Below, one piece after another: positions 29,283 through 39,018 of a DNA stretch of 64,000 bases (position 1 is its first letter; each line of letters opens with the position of its first letter). The stretch covers positions 4,871 through 68,870 of the forward strand of contig CAZWRY010000003.1 in NCBI GenBank assembly GCA_964636505.1. Direction: 5' to 3'. The DNA is from an uncultured Bdellovibrionales bacterium (GTDB lineage: Bacteria; Patescibacteriota; Minisyncoccia; Moranbacterales; UBA2206). The notes beneath the pieces are model-generated. The model had not been told where the DNA came from, did not search any database, and worked only from the letters and a program-made list of their open reading frames with translations. Position numbers and translations under genes: made by a program.

Positions 29283-29726
29283 ATGAGCGCATTAGCCTAC
29301 AACAAAAGAGCCAATTTTGACTACCAGATCTCGGACAAATACGAGGCGGGTTTGATTTTGACCGGACAAGAGGTAAAGTCCATAAAAACCGGCCACGTCA
29401 GTCTCAAGGAGAGCTTCGTAACTGTTAAAGGCAATGAGCTCTATTTGACTAACGCCAATATCCCTTTTTACCAGCATGCCGGCAAAGCCACCGGCTATGA
29501 TCCAACTCGATCTCGAAAGCTTTTACTCAAGAAGTCAGAAATAAAGCGTTTAATAGGCAAAGTACGCACCGAAGGCTTGACATTAGTACCAATTTCCCTA
29601 TATACTAAAAGACGACTATTAAAGCTTGAATTTGGCATAGGCAAAGGAAAAAAGAAAATTGATAAAAGACAAGTTATTTCCAAAAGAGAGGACAAAAGAA
29701 GAATACAAAGAGCCTTGCGCAGCTAA
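29283..29726 (+). CDS. smpB: SsrA-binding protein
   Basis: Conserved SmpB sequence (GQEVKSIKTGHVSLKESF... KLLLKKSEIKRLIGKV). Confidence 0.9.
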   Translation: MSALAYNKRANFDYQISDKYEAGLILTGQEVKSIKTGHVSLKESFVTVKGNELYLTNANIPFYQHAGKATGYDPTRSRKLLLKKSEIKRLIGKVRTEGLTLVPISLYTKRRLLKLEFGIGKGKKKIDKRQVISKREDKRRIQRALRS

Positions 29727-29728
29727 AT

Positions 29729-30119
29729 GGGGATGCTTGGCATCGACAGGTTGCACATTTATAATAAGCAAGTCGAGAATGATAATAACTCGTTAAAATC
29801 TTATCAAAATGATAAGTGCAAACTTATTTTCAAAAGCAAAGTCAGTATTAGCACAAGCTTTTACTTCAAATTTTGCTCTGTCTTTGGCTTAATTGCCGAA
29901 GACCATCGGTCTGTCGAATTCTAATAGACAGGTCTCCGGTGTTATACATTGGAATAGCTGATTAGATTTTTTCTTGAGTTTGATCAGTAAAACCAATCAA
30001 GAATAGACTGAAAAATTTTTGTTTGTTCATTACCTTCAGTCGAATCAACAAACAAACTAAACTTGTAGAATATTATAGGTTAACAACACTGGACATGGGT
30101 TCAACTCCCATCATCTCCA
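29729..30119 (+). ncRNA. ssrA: tmRNA (SsrA)
   Basis: 5' GGGGAUGCUUGGCAUCGACAGG and 3' GGACAUGGGUUCAACUCCCAUCAUCUCCA form a tRNA-like domain with a G3:U70 acceptor pair. Directly follows smpB. Candidate tag frame 29818-29892. Confidence 0.8.
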
Positions 30120-30165
30120 CTATGTAAAATAATAATTTAACACCAAATATATTAGAAGAGGACCA

Positions 30166-30681
30166 ATAAAAAGAACTTTTGCAAAAAAAGTTCAAAGAGA
30201 AAAAGTAAACGAACAGATCAGAGCCTATCAAGTCCGCGTTATTGATGAGGCGGGCAACCAGTTGGGCATTATGTCGCCTAGCAAAGCTTTGGAAATAGCC
30301 AAAGAAAGGGAAGTTGATTTGGTAGAGGTTTCACCTTTGGCCAATCCCCCCGTTTGCAAGATAATGGACTATGGAAAATTTCAATATCAGCACGCGAAGT
30401 CCACTAAAGTTAAACAGAAAAAGATTGATGTCAAAGAATTGCGCATAGGTTTTAGAACAGATGATCATGATTTAGAAGTCAGAAGAAACCAAGCGGCCAA
30501 ATTTCTGGAAAAAGGCAATAAAGTAAAAGTGGAAATCAGACTCAAGGGCAGAGAAAAAATGCATCGGGATAAAGCCAAAACAAATTTAGACGCTTTCATT
30601 AAGACAATCCCGTTTGAATATAAAATTGAACAGGAAATAAAATCTTTTCCCGGAGGTTTCAACGCCGTCCTAATACCTTAG
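30166..30681 (+). CDS. infC: Translation initiation factor IF-3 with a non-AUG (AUA at 30166 or AUU at 30151) start
   Basis: The in-frame region upstream of the listed TTG start encodes the IF-3 N-domain (KVNEQIRAYQVRVIDEAGNQLGIMS). GAGGA lies 4-5 nt before ATA at 30166. Confidence 0.8.
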   Translation: MKRTFAKKVQREKVNEQIRAYQVRVIDEAGNQLGIMSPSKALEIAKEREVDLVEVSPLANPPVCKIMDYGKFQYQHAKSTKVKQKKIDVKELRIGFRTDDHDLEVRRNQAAKFLEKGNKVKVEIRLKGREKMHRDKAKTNLDAFIKTIPFEYKIEQEIKSFPGGFNAVLIP

Positions 30682-30715
30682 ATTCTAAAATTAATATAAT
30701 AACAATTTCAATAAA

Positions 30716-30916
30716 ATGGCTAAACTAAAAACCAGAAAAGCTGCTGCCAAAAAAGTGAAACTTAGCAAAAAGGGAAAAATTTTGCGCAGAAAAAGCGGAC
30801 AAAATCATTACAATTCAAAAGAAACCGGAAAAAAGGGACGAGAAAAAAAAGGCGCAATCAGACTCTTCAAGGCTGATGAAGCCAATTACCTTAAAAGAGG
30901 TCTTCCATACGCCTAA
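30716..30916 (+). CDS. rpmI: 50S ribosomal protein L35
   Basis: MAKLKTRKAAAKKVK... basic 66 aa protein. Confidence 0.9.
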   Translation: MAKLKTRKAAAKKVKLSKKGKILRRKSGQNHYNSKETGKKGREKKGAIRLFKADEANYLKRGLPYA

Positions 30917-30941
30917 AAACTAAGAACTAACAACCAATAAT

Positions 30942-31286
30942 ATGACAAGAGTTAAACGCGGAGTCGCCGCTTCAAAAAGAAGAAAAAATTTATTAGAAGA
31001 TGCCAAGGGTTATCGCTGGAACAGAAAAAATCTTTACCGCGAAGCCAAACAAGCTGTAATCAAAGCCGGCTCTTATGCTTTCAGAGACAGAAGAGTCAAA
31101 AAAAGAACTATGCGAAGACTTTGGATTACCCGTCTCAATATTGCCGTTCATAATTTTGGAATAAAATACAGCCAATTGATAAAAATTATGGCCGATAAAA
31201 AAATTGAAATTGACAGAAAAGTCCTTTCTCAAATGGCTATGGAAAACCCGGAAACATTTTCCAAGTTCATGGAAAAGGTAAAATAA
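30942..31286 (+). CDS. rplT: 50S ribosomal protein L20
   Basis: MTRVKRGVAASKRRKNLL... typical of L20. Confidence 0.9.
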   Translation: MTRVKRGVAASKRRKNLLEDAKGYRWNRKNLYREAKQAVIKAGSYAFRDRRVKKRTMRRLWITRLNIAVHNFGIKYSQLIKIMADKKIEIDRKVLSQMAMENPETFSKFMEKVK

Positions 31287-31296
31287 TCGAAAACTA

Positions 31297-31335
31297 AAAA
31301 CGTCTCGGAATAACCGAGACGTTTTTTTATTTTTG
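31297..31335. terminator. Bidirectional rho-independent terminator after rplT
   Basis: aaaaacgtctcgg-aataa-ccgagacgttttttt: perfect 10 bp stem with A/T tracts on both sides. Confidence 0.8.
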
Positions 31336-31339
31336 GAGT

Positions 31340-31558
31340 CTATTTTTTCCCGCCGAAAACTTCCTTGGAAAGTCTCCAGAGACCATAGAAAGGTAGCCAA
31401 ATCCAAAGTACTTTACGCACCCATTTATCCAAAAATTTGTTGGAGTTTCCCATTCTGAGCATGTCGATAAAGAAGTACAGAAAAAAAACGACAACTATTA
31501 TTAAAGCAATAGATAGAACCATAATGTTAACAAAAAATTTACAACTAAATTCTAGCAC
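31340..31558 (-). CDS. Small two-TM membrane protein (hypothetical)
   Basis: 72 aa hydrophobic ORF between the upstream gene and the terminator; no homology recognised. Confidence 0.3.
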   Translation of the reverse strand: MLEFSCKFFVNIMVLSIALIIVVVFFLYFFIDMLRMGNSNKFLDKWVRKVLWIWLPFYGLWRLSKEVFGGKK

Positions 31559-31567
31559 AAACCGGGT

Positions 31568-32392
31568 TTATTCCAAAACAATCATAGCCTTATCGCCTTT
31601 TTCTATATCTTCCTTTTTGCCTGGAAAGTCATGAATGGCTTTATAAAGCAAATCAATATCATATTTGTAATTTTGGCCTCTTTTTGTTCCGGGATCATTA
31701 GTAATAATTTTATTTCCTTCATACCCAACTAAAACGAGGTTGTGATACAGGGGCCCTGGCGGAGTAAAATTAGGATTTCCCAAGAGTCTTCCGGCTGCCG
31801 GAACAATAATTGGGTTGCCCTTGGAAAGATATTCCTTCAGATCTTCCTTTTTAAAATCATAAATCACTTCGAATCTCAGCCCATTTTTTGGTTGGCCATA
31901 AAAATCGACAAACATTTTCATTGTTTGTTCGGCGTTGGTATCTCGATAATCCCCATATTTCTTTATTTGAAATTTAACCAAATCTTGAATTTCATTTTCA
32001 GCAACTTGAGGCGTCAATTCTTTTTTGTCCAGGAAATATTTGACCATAACAATCGATGCTTCTTCACAAGCTTCTTCGTGCAATTCATCCCATACCGCAA
32101 AAGGTGCCTGAGATGTAAAAGGAACCTTAATCAAAAACTTATCCGGGATTTTTTCTTCCCCATTATCTTTTACTTCTTTTATATTTGTGCCGCTTTCATT
32201 GTTTTCATTTTCTTGAATATCTTTTTTTTCCTCATTTTCAACTTTATCTTGGCTATCATTTTGAACAGTATTTTCTTGAGGGGCGTTTGTCTCTTTTTTA
32301 TTTTGGCTTTTAAGAAACAGGAAAAAGCCACTAATTAGAATTAGCACCAAAATCAACGCAAAAACTATTTTTTTAATCATGGATGTATTCAT
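31568..32392 (-). CDS. Membrane-anchored exported protein, possibly a papain-like/C39-type peptidase fold
   Basis: N-terminal TM and acidic linker, then PFTSQAPFAVWDELHEEACEEAS and later His/Asn-containing segments. The assignment is inference. Confidence 0.35.
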   Translation of the reverse strand: MNTSMIKKIVFALILVLILISGFFLFLKSQNKKETNAPQENTVQNDSQDKVENEEKKDIQENENNESGTNIKEVKDNGEEKIPDKFLIKVPFTSQAPFAVWDELHEEACEEASIVMVKYFLDKKELTPQVAENEIQDLVKFQIKKYGDYRDTNAEQTMKMFVDFYGQPKNGLRFEVIYDFKKEDLKEYLSKGNPIIVPAAGRLLGNPNFTPPGPLYHNLVLVGYEGNKIITNDPGTKRGQNYKYDIDLLYKAIHDFPGKKEDIEKGDKAMIVLE

Positions 32393-32398
32393 GAGCTG

Positions 32399-33535
32399 TT
32401 AATATATAATAACTGGCGTATTGATTTCTGTCCATTCGAAAACTCTTTGGGCCGGTCCAACCCCCAAACGTACACAACCATGCGAAACCGGAATACCCAG
32501 GTGATTAGCACCTTCTTTGTAGCCACCTGGCCACTCTGGAAGCTCGTGAATTCCAAATTTTCCATCTGGAACTATTGCCATCCAATACGGCATATAAAGA
32601 CCATAAGTTTTAGACCAGACCCTGAGGGCTTTATTTCTAATAGCATACTCCCCGATTGGAGTATTCATGCCCTGTTTTCCGGAAGAGACAAGAAAAGCAT
32701 CCAATAGCTTGCCCTCTTCAAAAATAGTCATCACTTGGCTAGACAAATTAATATCAATATATTTGCCGGTTTTTATTTTAGGACGCGTATATTTCTTGGC
32801 TTGAGCAAGTCTCAAAACAAAATCTTTCTCCCAACTTTGGGGCGCCTGGGGTAAAGTCTCAAAAGAGCTTTCATAAATTGATTTGTAGTTTTCATCTTTA
32901 TCATCCTTTTGTTTAATAACTACTTTAAAATTGTATTTTTTGCCGCTTTCTATTTCACTTCCGTTTTTGGGCAAGATCTTAAACTGTGTTTTTTCCGGAT
33001 TAATTTCATAGACAATGTCTATCTTGGGCTCAATAATAAAGGAGACATAAAACCCTTCAAATGTGCGGTCAAAGTCAACAACAACCGGATCTTCAATATC
33101 AAACAAAACTTCCTTGGCATCATTTGTTGGAATAAAATTTTTAACTTGCGGATATTCAATAGTTGAAAATTCAATTTCACTGGCTTTTGTTTTATTGAAA
33201 AAAATATTTCGTCCGGCTGGCAAAATAATCTTGTATTTAGTTTCTGGCTTCCAAAATTTTTGAGGAGAAATGATCAGTTTTTTATTTGAATTTTTCCAGG
33301 CAATATCAATGTCTTCCTTGGGATAAACTTCGATTGGTCCCTCAAGCTTTGAGAGGAGCATGATTGCAGAAAAATCCAAAACAACTGCCTCAGTCGGATT
33401 GACATCCTGGCTGCGAGAAAGCTTTATCTCGGTATTAAAAAACTTTTCCGAGCCAGACACAAAATAGAACCCGGCCAAAAAACTGAGCAGCATGATTAAC
33501 AAAATTAAGAATATTTTTACAAATATTTTCATCAT
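32399..33535 (-). CDS. L,D-transpeptidase (YkuD domain) with N-terminal Ig-like region
   Basis: Catalytic motif HGCVRL near the C-terminus; N-terminal TM. Confidence 0.8.
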   Translation of the reverse strand: MMKIFVKIFLILLIMLLSFLAGFYFVSGSEKFFNTEIKLSRSQDVNPTEAVVLDFSAIMLLSKLEGPIEVYPKEDIDIAWKNSNKKLIISPQKFWKPETKYKIILPAGRNIFFNKTKASEIEFSTIEYPQVKNFIPTNDAKEVLFDIEDPVVVDFDRTFEGFYVSFIIEPKIDIVYEINPEKTQFKILPKNGSEIESGKKYNFKVVIKQKDDKDENYKSIYESSFETLPQAPQSWEKDFVLRLAQAKKYTRPKIKTGKYIDINLSSQVMTIFEEGKLLDAFLVSSGKQGMNTPIGEYAIRNKALRVWSKTYGLYMPYWMAIVPDGKFGIHELPEWPGGYKEGANHLGIPVSHGCVRLGVGPAQRVFEWTEINTPVIIY

Positions 33536-33546
33536 TCCAACAAATT

Positions 33547-34563
33547 CTATTTATTTTTTGCAAATTCAACTCTGGCTGCATCCCAAACCTCTGGATGATT
33601 TTGTTTTTCTTTTAGCCAATACCACCATTCAATTCCCCAAATGTAAATATCGGAAAATCCAACTTTCTTGGCAAAATTAATATTATCCACCAAACGAACA
33701 TCATTCATTGATGCAAATTGTTCAGAGAGAGGAACATTAATCGTCCAGCCGGAAACCCATGGCTCTCCCTGCAATTCAACAACAATGGCATTTTTTTGCC
33801 CGGTTAATATTCTGGATAACCAATATTTAAAATGAAAAAATCTTGGCCCGATTGGATAGTCAAAATAACCGACTTTTTCACTCCAAATGTAACGATACAT
33901 GGTTGTCCCGAAAACATCCGCTCTTTTGGCTGCTGAAACCCACAGACTCAACTCCCCACTGTCGGTTACAATCACTTTCCTATTTGGATCTTTGGCCCTG
34001 ACTAAGGCTATTTCCATATCCAATAGATTGGTGTCCAGTTCTGGACAGATGCCAAATTTAAGAAACGGTTCGTTTTCAACTTGCCAGAACTTTATTTCTG
34101 GATGATTTTTATATCGCTCAATAGTAATATCAATAAAGCGCAGTAACTCTCTTTTTCTTTCTTGATCATTTTGCGCCGCCCAAACAGGAATAAAACACTC
34201 CGGCCAACGAGGCACCTTTTGTCCAGTAACCAGAATAATCTCTGCCTTTCTCTTGGCCGCTTCATCCAATTGCCAATCGATAGCTGAAAAATCATATTTT
34301 CCTTTTTCCTTTTCCACCAGATCCCAGTATACCGGAATTCTTATTTTTTTAACCTTCAAATCATCCAGCGCGGCAATGAAGGCTTCTTTCCAGTCCAATC
34401 CAATGTCCTGAGCATAACGATAAGAAAAAGTCACTCCCAACTGAGCATCGTTATTCATTTTCTCAACTGGAAAATTGAAATAAGCCAAAAGAAGTAAGGC
34501 CAAAACAATAATCGACAAAAAAATCCAAGCAATTATTTTTAATATTCTTTTAAATATTTGCAT
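33547..34563 (-). CDS. Membrane-anchored glycoside hydrolase, GH5-like (cellulase/mannanase superfamily)
   Basis: WQVENEP (NEP acid/base motif) in a TIM-barrel-like context; N-terminal TM. Confidence 0.6.
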   Translation of the reverse strand: MQIFKRILKIIAWIFLSIIVLALLLLAYFNFPVEKMNNDAQLGVTFSYRYAQDIGLDWKEAFIAALDDLKVKKIRIPVYWDLVEKEKGKYDFSAIDWQLDEAAKRKAEIILVTGQKVPRWPECFIPVWAAQNDQERKRELLRFIDITIERYKNHPEIKFWQVENEPFLKFGICPELDTNLLDMEIALVRAKDPNRKVIVTDSGELSLWVSAAKRADVFGTTMYRYIWSEKVGYFDYPIGPRFFHFKYWLSRILTGQKNAIVVELQGEPWVSGWTINVPLSEQFASMNDVRLVDNINFAKKVGFSDIYIWGIEWWYWLKEKQNHPEVWDAARVEFAKNK

Positions 34564-34820
34564 TTTGCTTTTTATTTTATTTTTTTAAATATTTTTTATT
34601 TGTCTCAAAATATTAATTTTAATTAAATATTTTCTGTTTTTTGACGCCTTGTAATTTATTTCAAAAAATAAATCTGGTCATATTATTTTTTGCTTTCTAA
34701 TGCCTTGTAGACTTTCTTTAAAGGTAACATATATAGCGAGCCATGAAATAATACAAAAAATAAATGTTTATTCGATAGTTAGTTAAGTAAAAAATAATAT
34801 AATCAGATTTATGCTCTCCG

Positions 34821-35747
34821 CTACTTCACAGATATCAAGACTATACCTGCCACAATAATACAAATGGACAATGTTTTATGCAAAACATTTTTAAGAGTTC
34901 TCTTTTCTTGAAAAATGGCTGGGAACTTTGCAGAAAGTGTTATACCCACAACGAAGACAAAAACCGCTTCCAACGAAGCCATTGCATTGACTACCGCCAC
35001 GCTTCCCAGCGATACTGCAAAATGTGTGAGAGCCGACCCAATTCCCCCAAGAATTTTGTTGGCTACAAAAAGCACTCCTGTGCGTCGATTTTCTTTTTTC
35101 AAATAATTAGACCTTTGAAATGATTTGAAAATGTCTTTACGCCACACAGGAAAAAGTAAAAGACTGAGAGCTCCAATTGTAAGACCCAAACGCGTCCAGA
35201 TGAAAACATTGAAAAAATTATCTTGCTCATATAAATATTTAAAGATCGAAAAAGCCACCGCGATAAGAACGCCAGCCAAAACAGTCAAATGAAAACCTTT
35301 AAACGTTTTTCTGGGCTCGAAACTTCCAGAAAAAAACTGCAATGATAAAAATAACCCTCCAAAAATTAAAAGAGCAACCCCAAAAATCGCTCTCATTGAA
35401 AATACTTCTCCCAAAAAAAGTGTAGAAGTAATTATAGTTGTAATCGGAATAATAGCCATTACTATTGGCGTAACTCGACTGGCTTCGTTTTTTTCTATGG
35501 CTGTAAAAAGACAAAAAATGCCATAAATAAACATTATTCCTGACAAAATATTCCAGACCAATTGGCTAAAACCAATTAAATGAAACCCGAAGGGAAAAAG
35601 AGCAAAAGTAAAAAGACTCATGAGGCCAACATAGAAAGTATAGGTAGCCGGCTCGGAAACCCGATTCGTGGTCAACATGAATTTATCCAGAATTGTCTGG
35701 AGCGCTACCAAAAAGTACGCAGCAATAGCAACAAAAATATAAAACAT
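34821..35747 (-). CDS. EamA/DMT-family transporter
   Basis: Ten-TM protein built from duplicated EamA-like halves. Confidence 0.7.
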   Translation of the reverse strand: MFYIFVAIAAYFLVALQTILDKFMLTTNRVSEPATYTFYVGLMSLFTFALFPFGFHLIGFSQLVWNILSGIMFIYGIFCLFTAIEKNEASRVTPIVMAIIPITTIITSTLFLGEVFSMRAIFGVALLIFGGLFLSLQFFSGSFEPRKTFKGFHLTVLAGVLIAVAFSIFKYLYEQDNFFNVFIWTRLGLTIGALSLLLFPVWRKDIFKSFQRSNYLKKENRRTGVLFVANKILGGIGSALTHFAVSLGSVAVVNAMASLEAVFVFVVGITLSAKFPAIFQEKRTLKNVLHKTLSICIIVAGIVLISVK

Positions 35748-35754
35748 AAAAAAA

Positions 35755-36984
35755 TTATGAATTATTTTTAATTATTTCTTTATAAGCATAAAAACTTTTT
35801 CTAGGTTTTCTTTCCAGTGTTTTGTAATCAATTTCAATAAGACCAAATCTTGGCTCATAGCCATATAGCCATTCAAAGTTATCAAACAATGACCAAAAAT
35901 TATAACCCTTAACATTTACTCCTTCTTTTATGGCTTTTTGCACAAAAACCAAATGTTCTTCAATAAATTTTATTCTCTCTTCATCATCAAGCCCTTCTCC
36001 TGTTGGTACTCCATTTTCAGTAATATAAATTGGGAGCTTGAATTTTTCACTTGCCTCTTTGAGAACTAAATAAATTCCTTTCGGGTAAGAAATCCATTTC
36101 ATCACATTTTTCTCGTCTTCTTCAATTGAAAAGCCAAAATAAGTTTGATTTTGAGTGTCTAATTTAATATTTTTCAAATCAAATCTGATTTTCCCTAAAC
36201 GATAATAATCAACCCCAATAAAATTTTGAAAGCCTTTTATTTTTTTACCCAAAAGATCTATGCGATACCATTGGGCAATCCTATTAATAGCATTCAACAA
36301 AATTCCAAAACCTTCCGATTCATACCAATTATACAGATAGGTAATTCCGACCTGAGCATCTGGATTTATTTTATGAATATTTTTATATACCTCTCTATGT
36401 GCCGCCGCTATATGGTTTACTGCTTGGATAAATTTGAACGGATTTTTATATCCTGGAGGAAAAACTCCACCCAAAAAACCCTGCCCCAAAGGAACCATCG
36501 GCTCATTAAAAGTAATGAAAATATCAATGAAATTTCCCAATTCTTCCGCTATTTTTTCTGCATATCGAGAAAAAATTTCTACAGATTTTTTGCTTTGAAA
36601 TCCGTATTTTTTTTGAAACCAGATTGGACTACTCCAATGCCAAAGAGTCACTTGAGTTTTGATATTTCGATCTTTCAAATCTTGCAAAATTTCCCGATAA
36701 TGGCCAATAGCCTCTTGCGAAAACTCCCCTTCCTTAGGTTCAATTCTTGCCCATTCTATTCCCAAGCGGAACAACCCACATCCCAACTCAGAAACAAAAT
36801 CATGATCACTTTTGTAGCGATTCCAATAATCACAAGCCAAGCCTGACTCATTTTTAGCTTTTCCGGTTTTTTCCCATTCCCACCAATCAGAATTTGAATT
36901 ACCGCCTTCAATCTGATAAGCCGACGTTGCCACCCCCCACAAAAAATCTTTGGGAAATTTTAATAAGTTTTTGTTTTCTTCCAT
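35755..36984 (-). CDS. GH1 beta-glucosidase
   Basis: FLWGVATSAYQIEGG, TFNEP acid/base and ITENG nucleophile. Confidence 0.9.
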   Translation of the reverse strand: MEENKNLLKFPKDFLWGVATSAYQIEGGNSNSDWWEWEKTGKAKNESGLACDYWNRYKSDHDFVSELGCGLFRLGIEWARIEPKEGEFSQEAIGHYREILQDLKDRNIKTQVTLWHWSSPIWFQKKYGFQSKKSVEIFSRYAEKIAEELGNFIDIFITFNEPMVPLGQGFLGGVFPPGYKNPFKFIQAVNHIAAAHREVYKNIHKINPDAQVGITYLYNWYESEGFGILLNAINRIAQWYRIDLLGKKIKGFQNFIGVDYYRLGKIRFDLKNIKLDTQNQTYFGFSIEEDEKNVMKWISYPKGIYLVLKEASEKFKLPIYITENGVPTGEGLDDEERIKFIEEHLVFVQKAIKEGVNVKGYNFWSLFDNFEWLYGYEPRFGLIEIDYKTLERKPRKSFYAYKEIIKNNS

Positions 36985-37066
36985 ATCCCCAATTTTACAC
37001 TATTTACCCATATTTTACGAATAAAAAAACAGCCAGTGTAATTGGCTGAATTTTAATAAAAGTATT

Positions 37067-37819
37067 TTAGTTTAGCATACGATAATAATGATCCACGTCT
37101 GAAATCCATTTTCTAACTCCGGAAGGATCGTGACCAGCGCAGCTGGAACCACATTTCCAAACTACCATTTCTGAAGGTGTATTAATATTCTGTGCTAAAA
37201 GCTTTTCTATCTTGCCGCCGACTTCTTTCACAGCTTGCTCTGGAGTGTCAAAACAGCTATAGCCAGAATCTGTTTGATTATAGCTACCACGATAACCCCA
37301 GTAGTTAAAACAATCCCTGCCATCTTTTTTAGGCGAATATGTCCCCCATTTACTTTCCTTATTACCAATAGCCAAAAGATAGGCCGCTACTTTTTTATCC
37401 TTTTGATAAATAGCTTCAATCATCGCTTCAATTGGATGACCGGCTACCATTTCTCTGGCTTTAATTTTTTCTTCACTATCCTGAAATTTATTTTTTTTCT
37501 TTTTTATCTCTTCACAAATACTATTTTGTTTTTGACATTTCAGAACTTCTGGATTAAGTCCTTTGCCGATTCTGCTCAATGGATCAATATCTTTCAAGGA
37601 AACTTTTTCATTGGGCAGGCTTTTGGCCTGTGCGTCAAGGTCAAAAAAGAGATAAAAAAACAGACCCATACAGAGTATGAGAATGAATGAAACTAATAGA
37701 ATATTCTTTTTTTGCTTTATTGGTGCCCCCTCTAATCTGCCCCTCCATCTTTGCAGATTCTCCAGAAAATAGTCATCCATAGATTTACGCCCCTTTTGAG
37801 AGAATGTGTTTCTAGGCAA
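37067..37819 (-). CDS. Membrane-anchored GH73-like (glucosaminidase-like) protein, paralog 1 of 3
   Basis: C-terminal domain AAYLLAIGNKESKWG...DCFNYWGYRG...CF..EQAV...WKCG resembles the GH73/FlgJ ESGWG...NLFGIKG core and carries extra conserved Cys residues. Confidence 0.5.
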   Translation of the reverse strand: MPRNTFSQKGRKSMDDYFLENLQRWRGRLEGAPIKQKKNILLVSFILILCMGLFFYLFFDLDAQAKSLPNEKVSLKDIDPLSRIGKGLNPEVLKCQKQNSICEEIKKKKNKFQDSEEKIKAREMVAGHPIEAMIEAIYQKDKKVAAYLLAIGNKESKWGTYSPKKDGRDCFNYWGYRGSYNQTDSGYSCFDTPEQAVKEVGGKIEKLLAQNINTPSEMVVWKCGSSCAGHDPSGVRKWISDVDHYYRMLN

Positions 37820-37893
37820 CGTATCCTATGTTAGCAAAATATGAATATATTGTCAATAACCTAAAATAGCCTTAGATAGGCCTCTAATTTTGA

Positions 37894-38952
37894 CTAAACA
37901 GCTGATTTTGGGATAATAAATGAGTTTAAAAGAGTCCCATTTACCGAAAAAGTTTTGACCGTTATTTGCTCGCCTGCGACTTCAACTATGCCATAGCCTG
38001 ACCCAACAGAAGAATACTCGGCCGTCCCAGGCTTGGGAGGCAAATGGTTGAATGTGTCCGTATTTCCAAAAACAAATTGATAAATGCCCTCTACTTTTCT
38101 TCTGGATTGAATATGCTCATGTCCGGAAAAAACAGCTTTTACTTTGTGCTTTTTTAAAATTGACCAAAGTTCATTGCGATCGTGTGGATTCTTATCCAGA
38201 CTTTCCCCTATTTTGGAATTGGTTGGATAGGCTGGTTCATGAAAAAATACGAAAACATTTTTTTGTTTGTTTTTGGCCAGATCACTTTCCAACCATTTTC
38301 TTTGGGCACCATTTATTTCGTTTTCCTTGGGATTATCGCTAGCCAGAGCCACAAAATGGGAATTGGCGTAATCAAAAGAATAAACCAGTTCTGAAAACCC
38401 AGCTGGACCATTATTGGGTAAATTGAAAAATTTCTGCCAAACTCTATCAGCTTTCTCTTCGCCAATCCTGTCGTGATTGCCTTGCACAGGGTATATTTTT
38501 TGTTTGAAAAAAGATTTCCACTTAGCCAGCTTGCCTTCACATTTACTGTCGCCATCACAGCTCGAAACAATATCCCCGGTCGCCAAAATAAAATCAACAT
38601 TTTGATTAGCAATGCTTCTGGAGGCCTTGGCCAAATTACCTGAAACATTATTGGGATCATTTTGAGTGTCGCCCACTAAAGCGAAGGAAAATTCGATTTC
38701 CTCTCCTTTTTCTGATTCAGCCGTCGCAACTTCTGGTTCCGTGACAGTTTTTTCTTGAATATCAGGATTATTGTCAGCTGCTGGCACTTCCACTTTTTCC
38801 TCTTGAGCCAGCGGCTTGACTACCCATGCATTTTGAGTTTTTTTCTGAGCATTAAGTCGCAGTTGTGCTATCAGAATGCCGGATCCGAACGATCCTCCGA
38901 CCAAGACCAAAAAGGCTACCATAGCCAATATTTTTTTAAGCGCAGGATTCAT
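37894..38952 (-). CDS. Membrane-anchored calcineurin-like metallophosphoesterase
   Basis: GDTQND...ATGDIV...GNHD...GHEH metallophosphatase motifs. Confidence 0.8.
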   Translation of the reverse strand: MNPALKKILAMVAFLVLVGGSFGSGILIAQLRLNAQKKTQNAWVVKPLAQEEKVEVPAADNNPDIQEKTVTEPEVATAESEKGEEIEFSFALVGDTQNDPNNVSGNLAKASRSIANQNVDFILATGDIVSSCDGDSKCEGKLAKWKSFFKQKIYPVQGNHDRIGEEKADRVWQKFFNLPNNGPAGFSELVYSFDYANSHFVALASDNPKENEINGAQRKWLESDLAKNKQKNVFVFFHEPAYPTNSKIGESLDKNPHDRNELWSILKKHKVKAVFSGHEHIQSRRKVEGIYQFVFGNTDTFNHLPPKPGTAEYSSVGSGYGIVEVAGEQITVKTFSVNGTLLNSFIIPKSAV

Positions 38953-39018
38953 ATATGGTAATTATACCACAACACCCCAGCTATAAACCCCGCCCAAAGC
39001 TAATCTCTGGAGTAAATT

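Noticed and set aside
29727-29924. Plus-strand 65 aa ORF after smpB
   Set aside because: Lies entirely within the tmRNA.
34564-34820. 257 nt AT-rich gap with short direct repeats (tgccttgta, aaatatttt)
   Set aside because: Consistent with ordinary AT-rich promoter DNA for the GH5-like gene; the repeats are short and imperfect.
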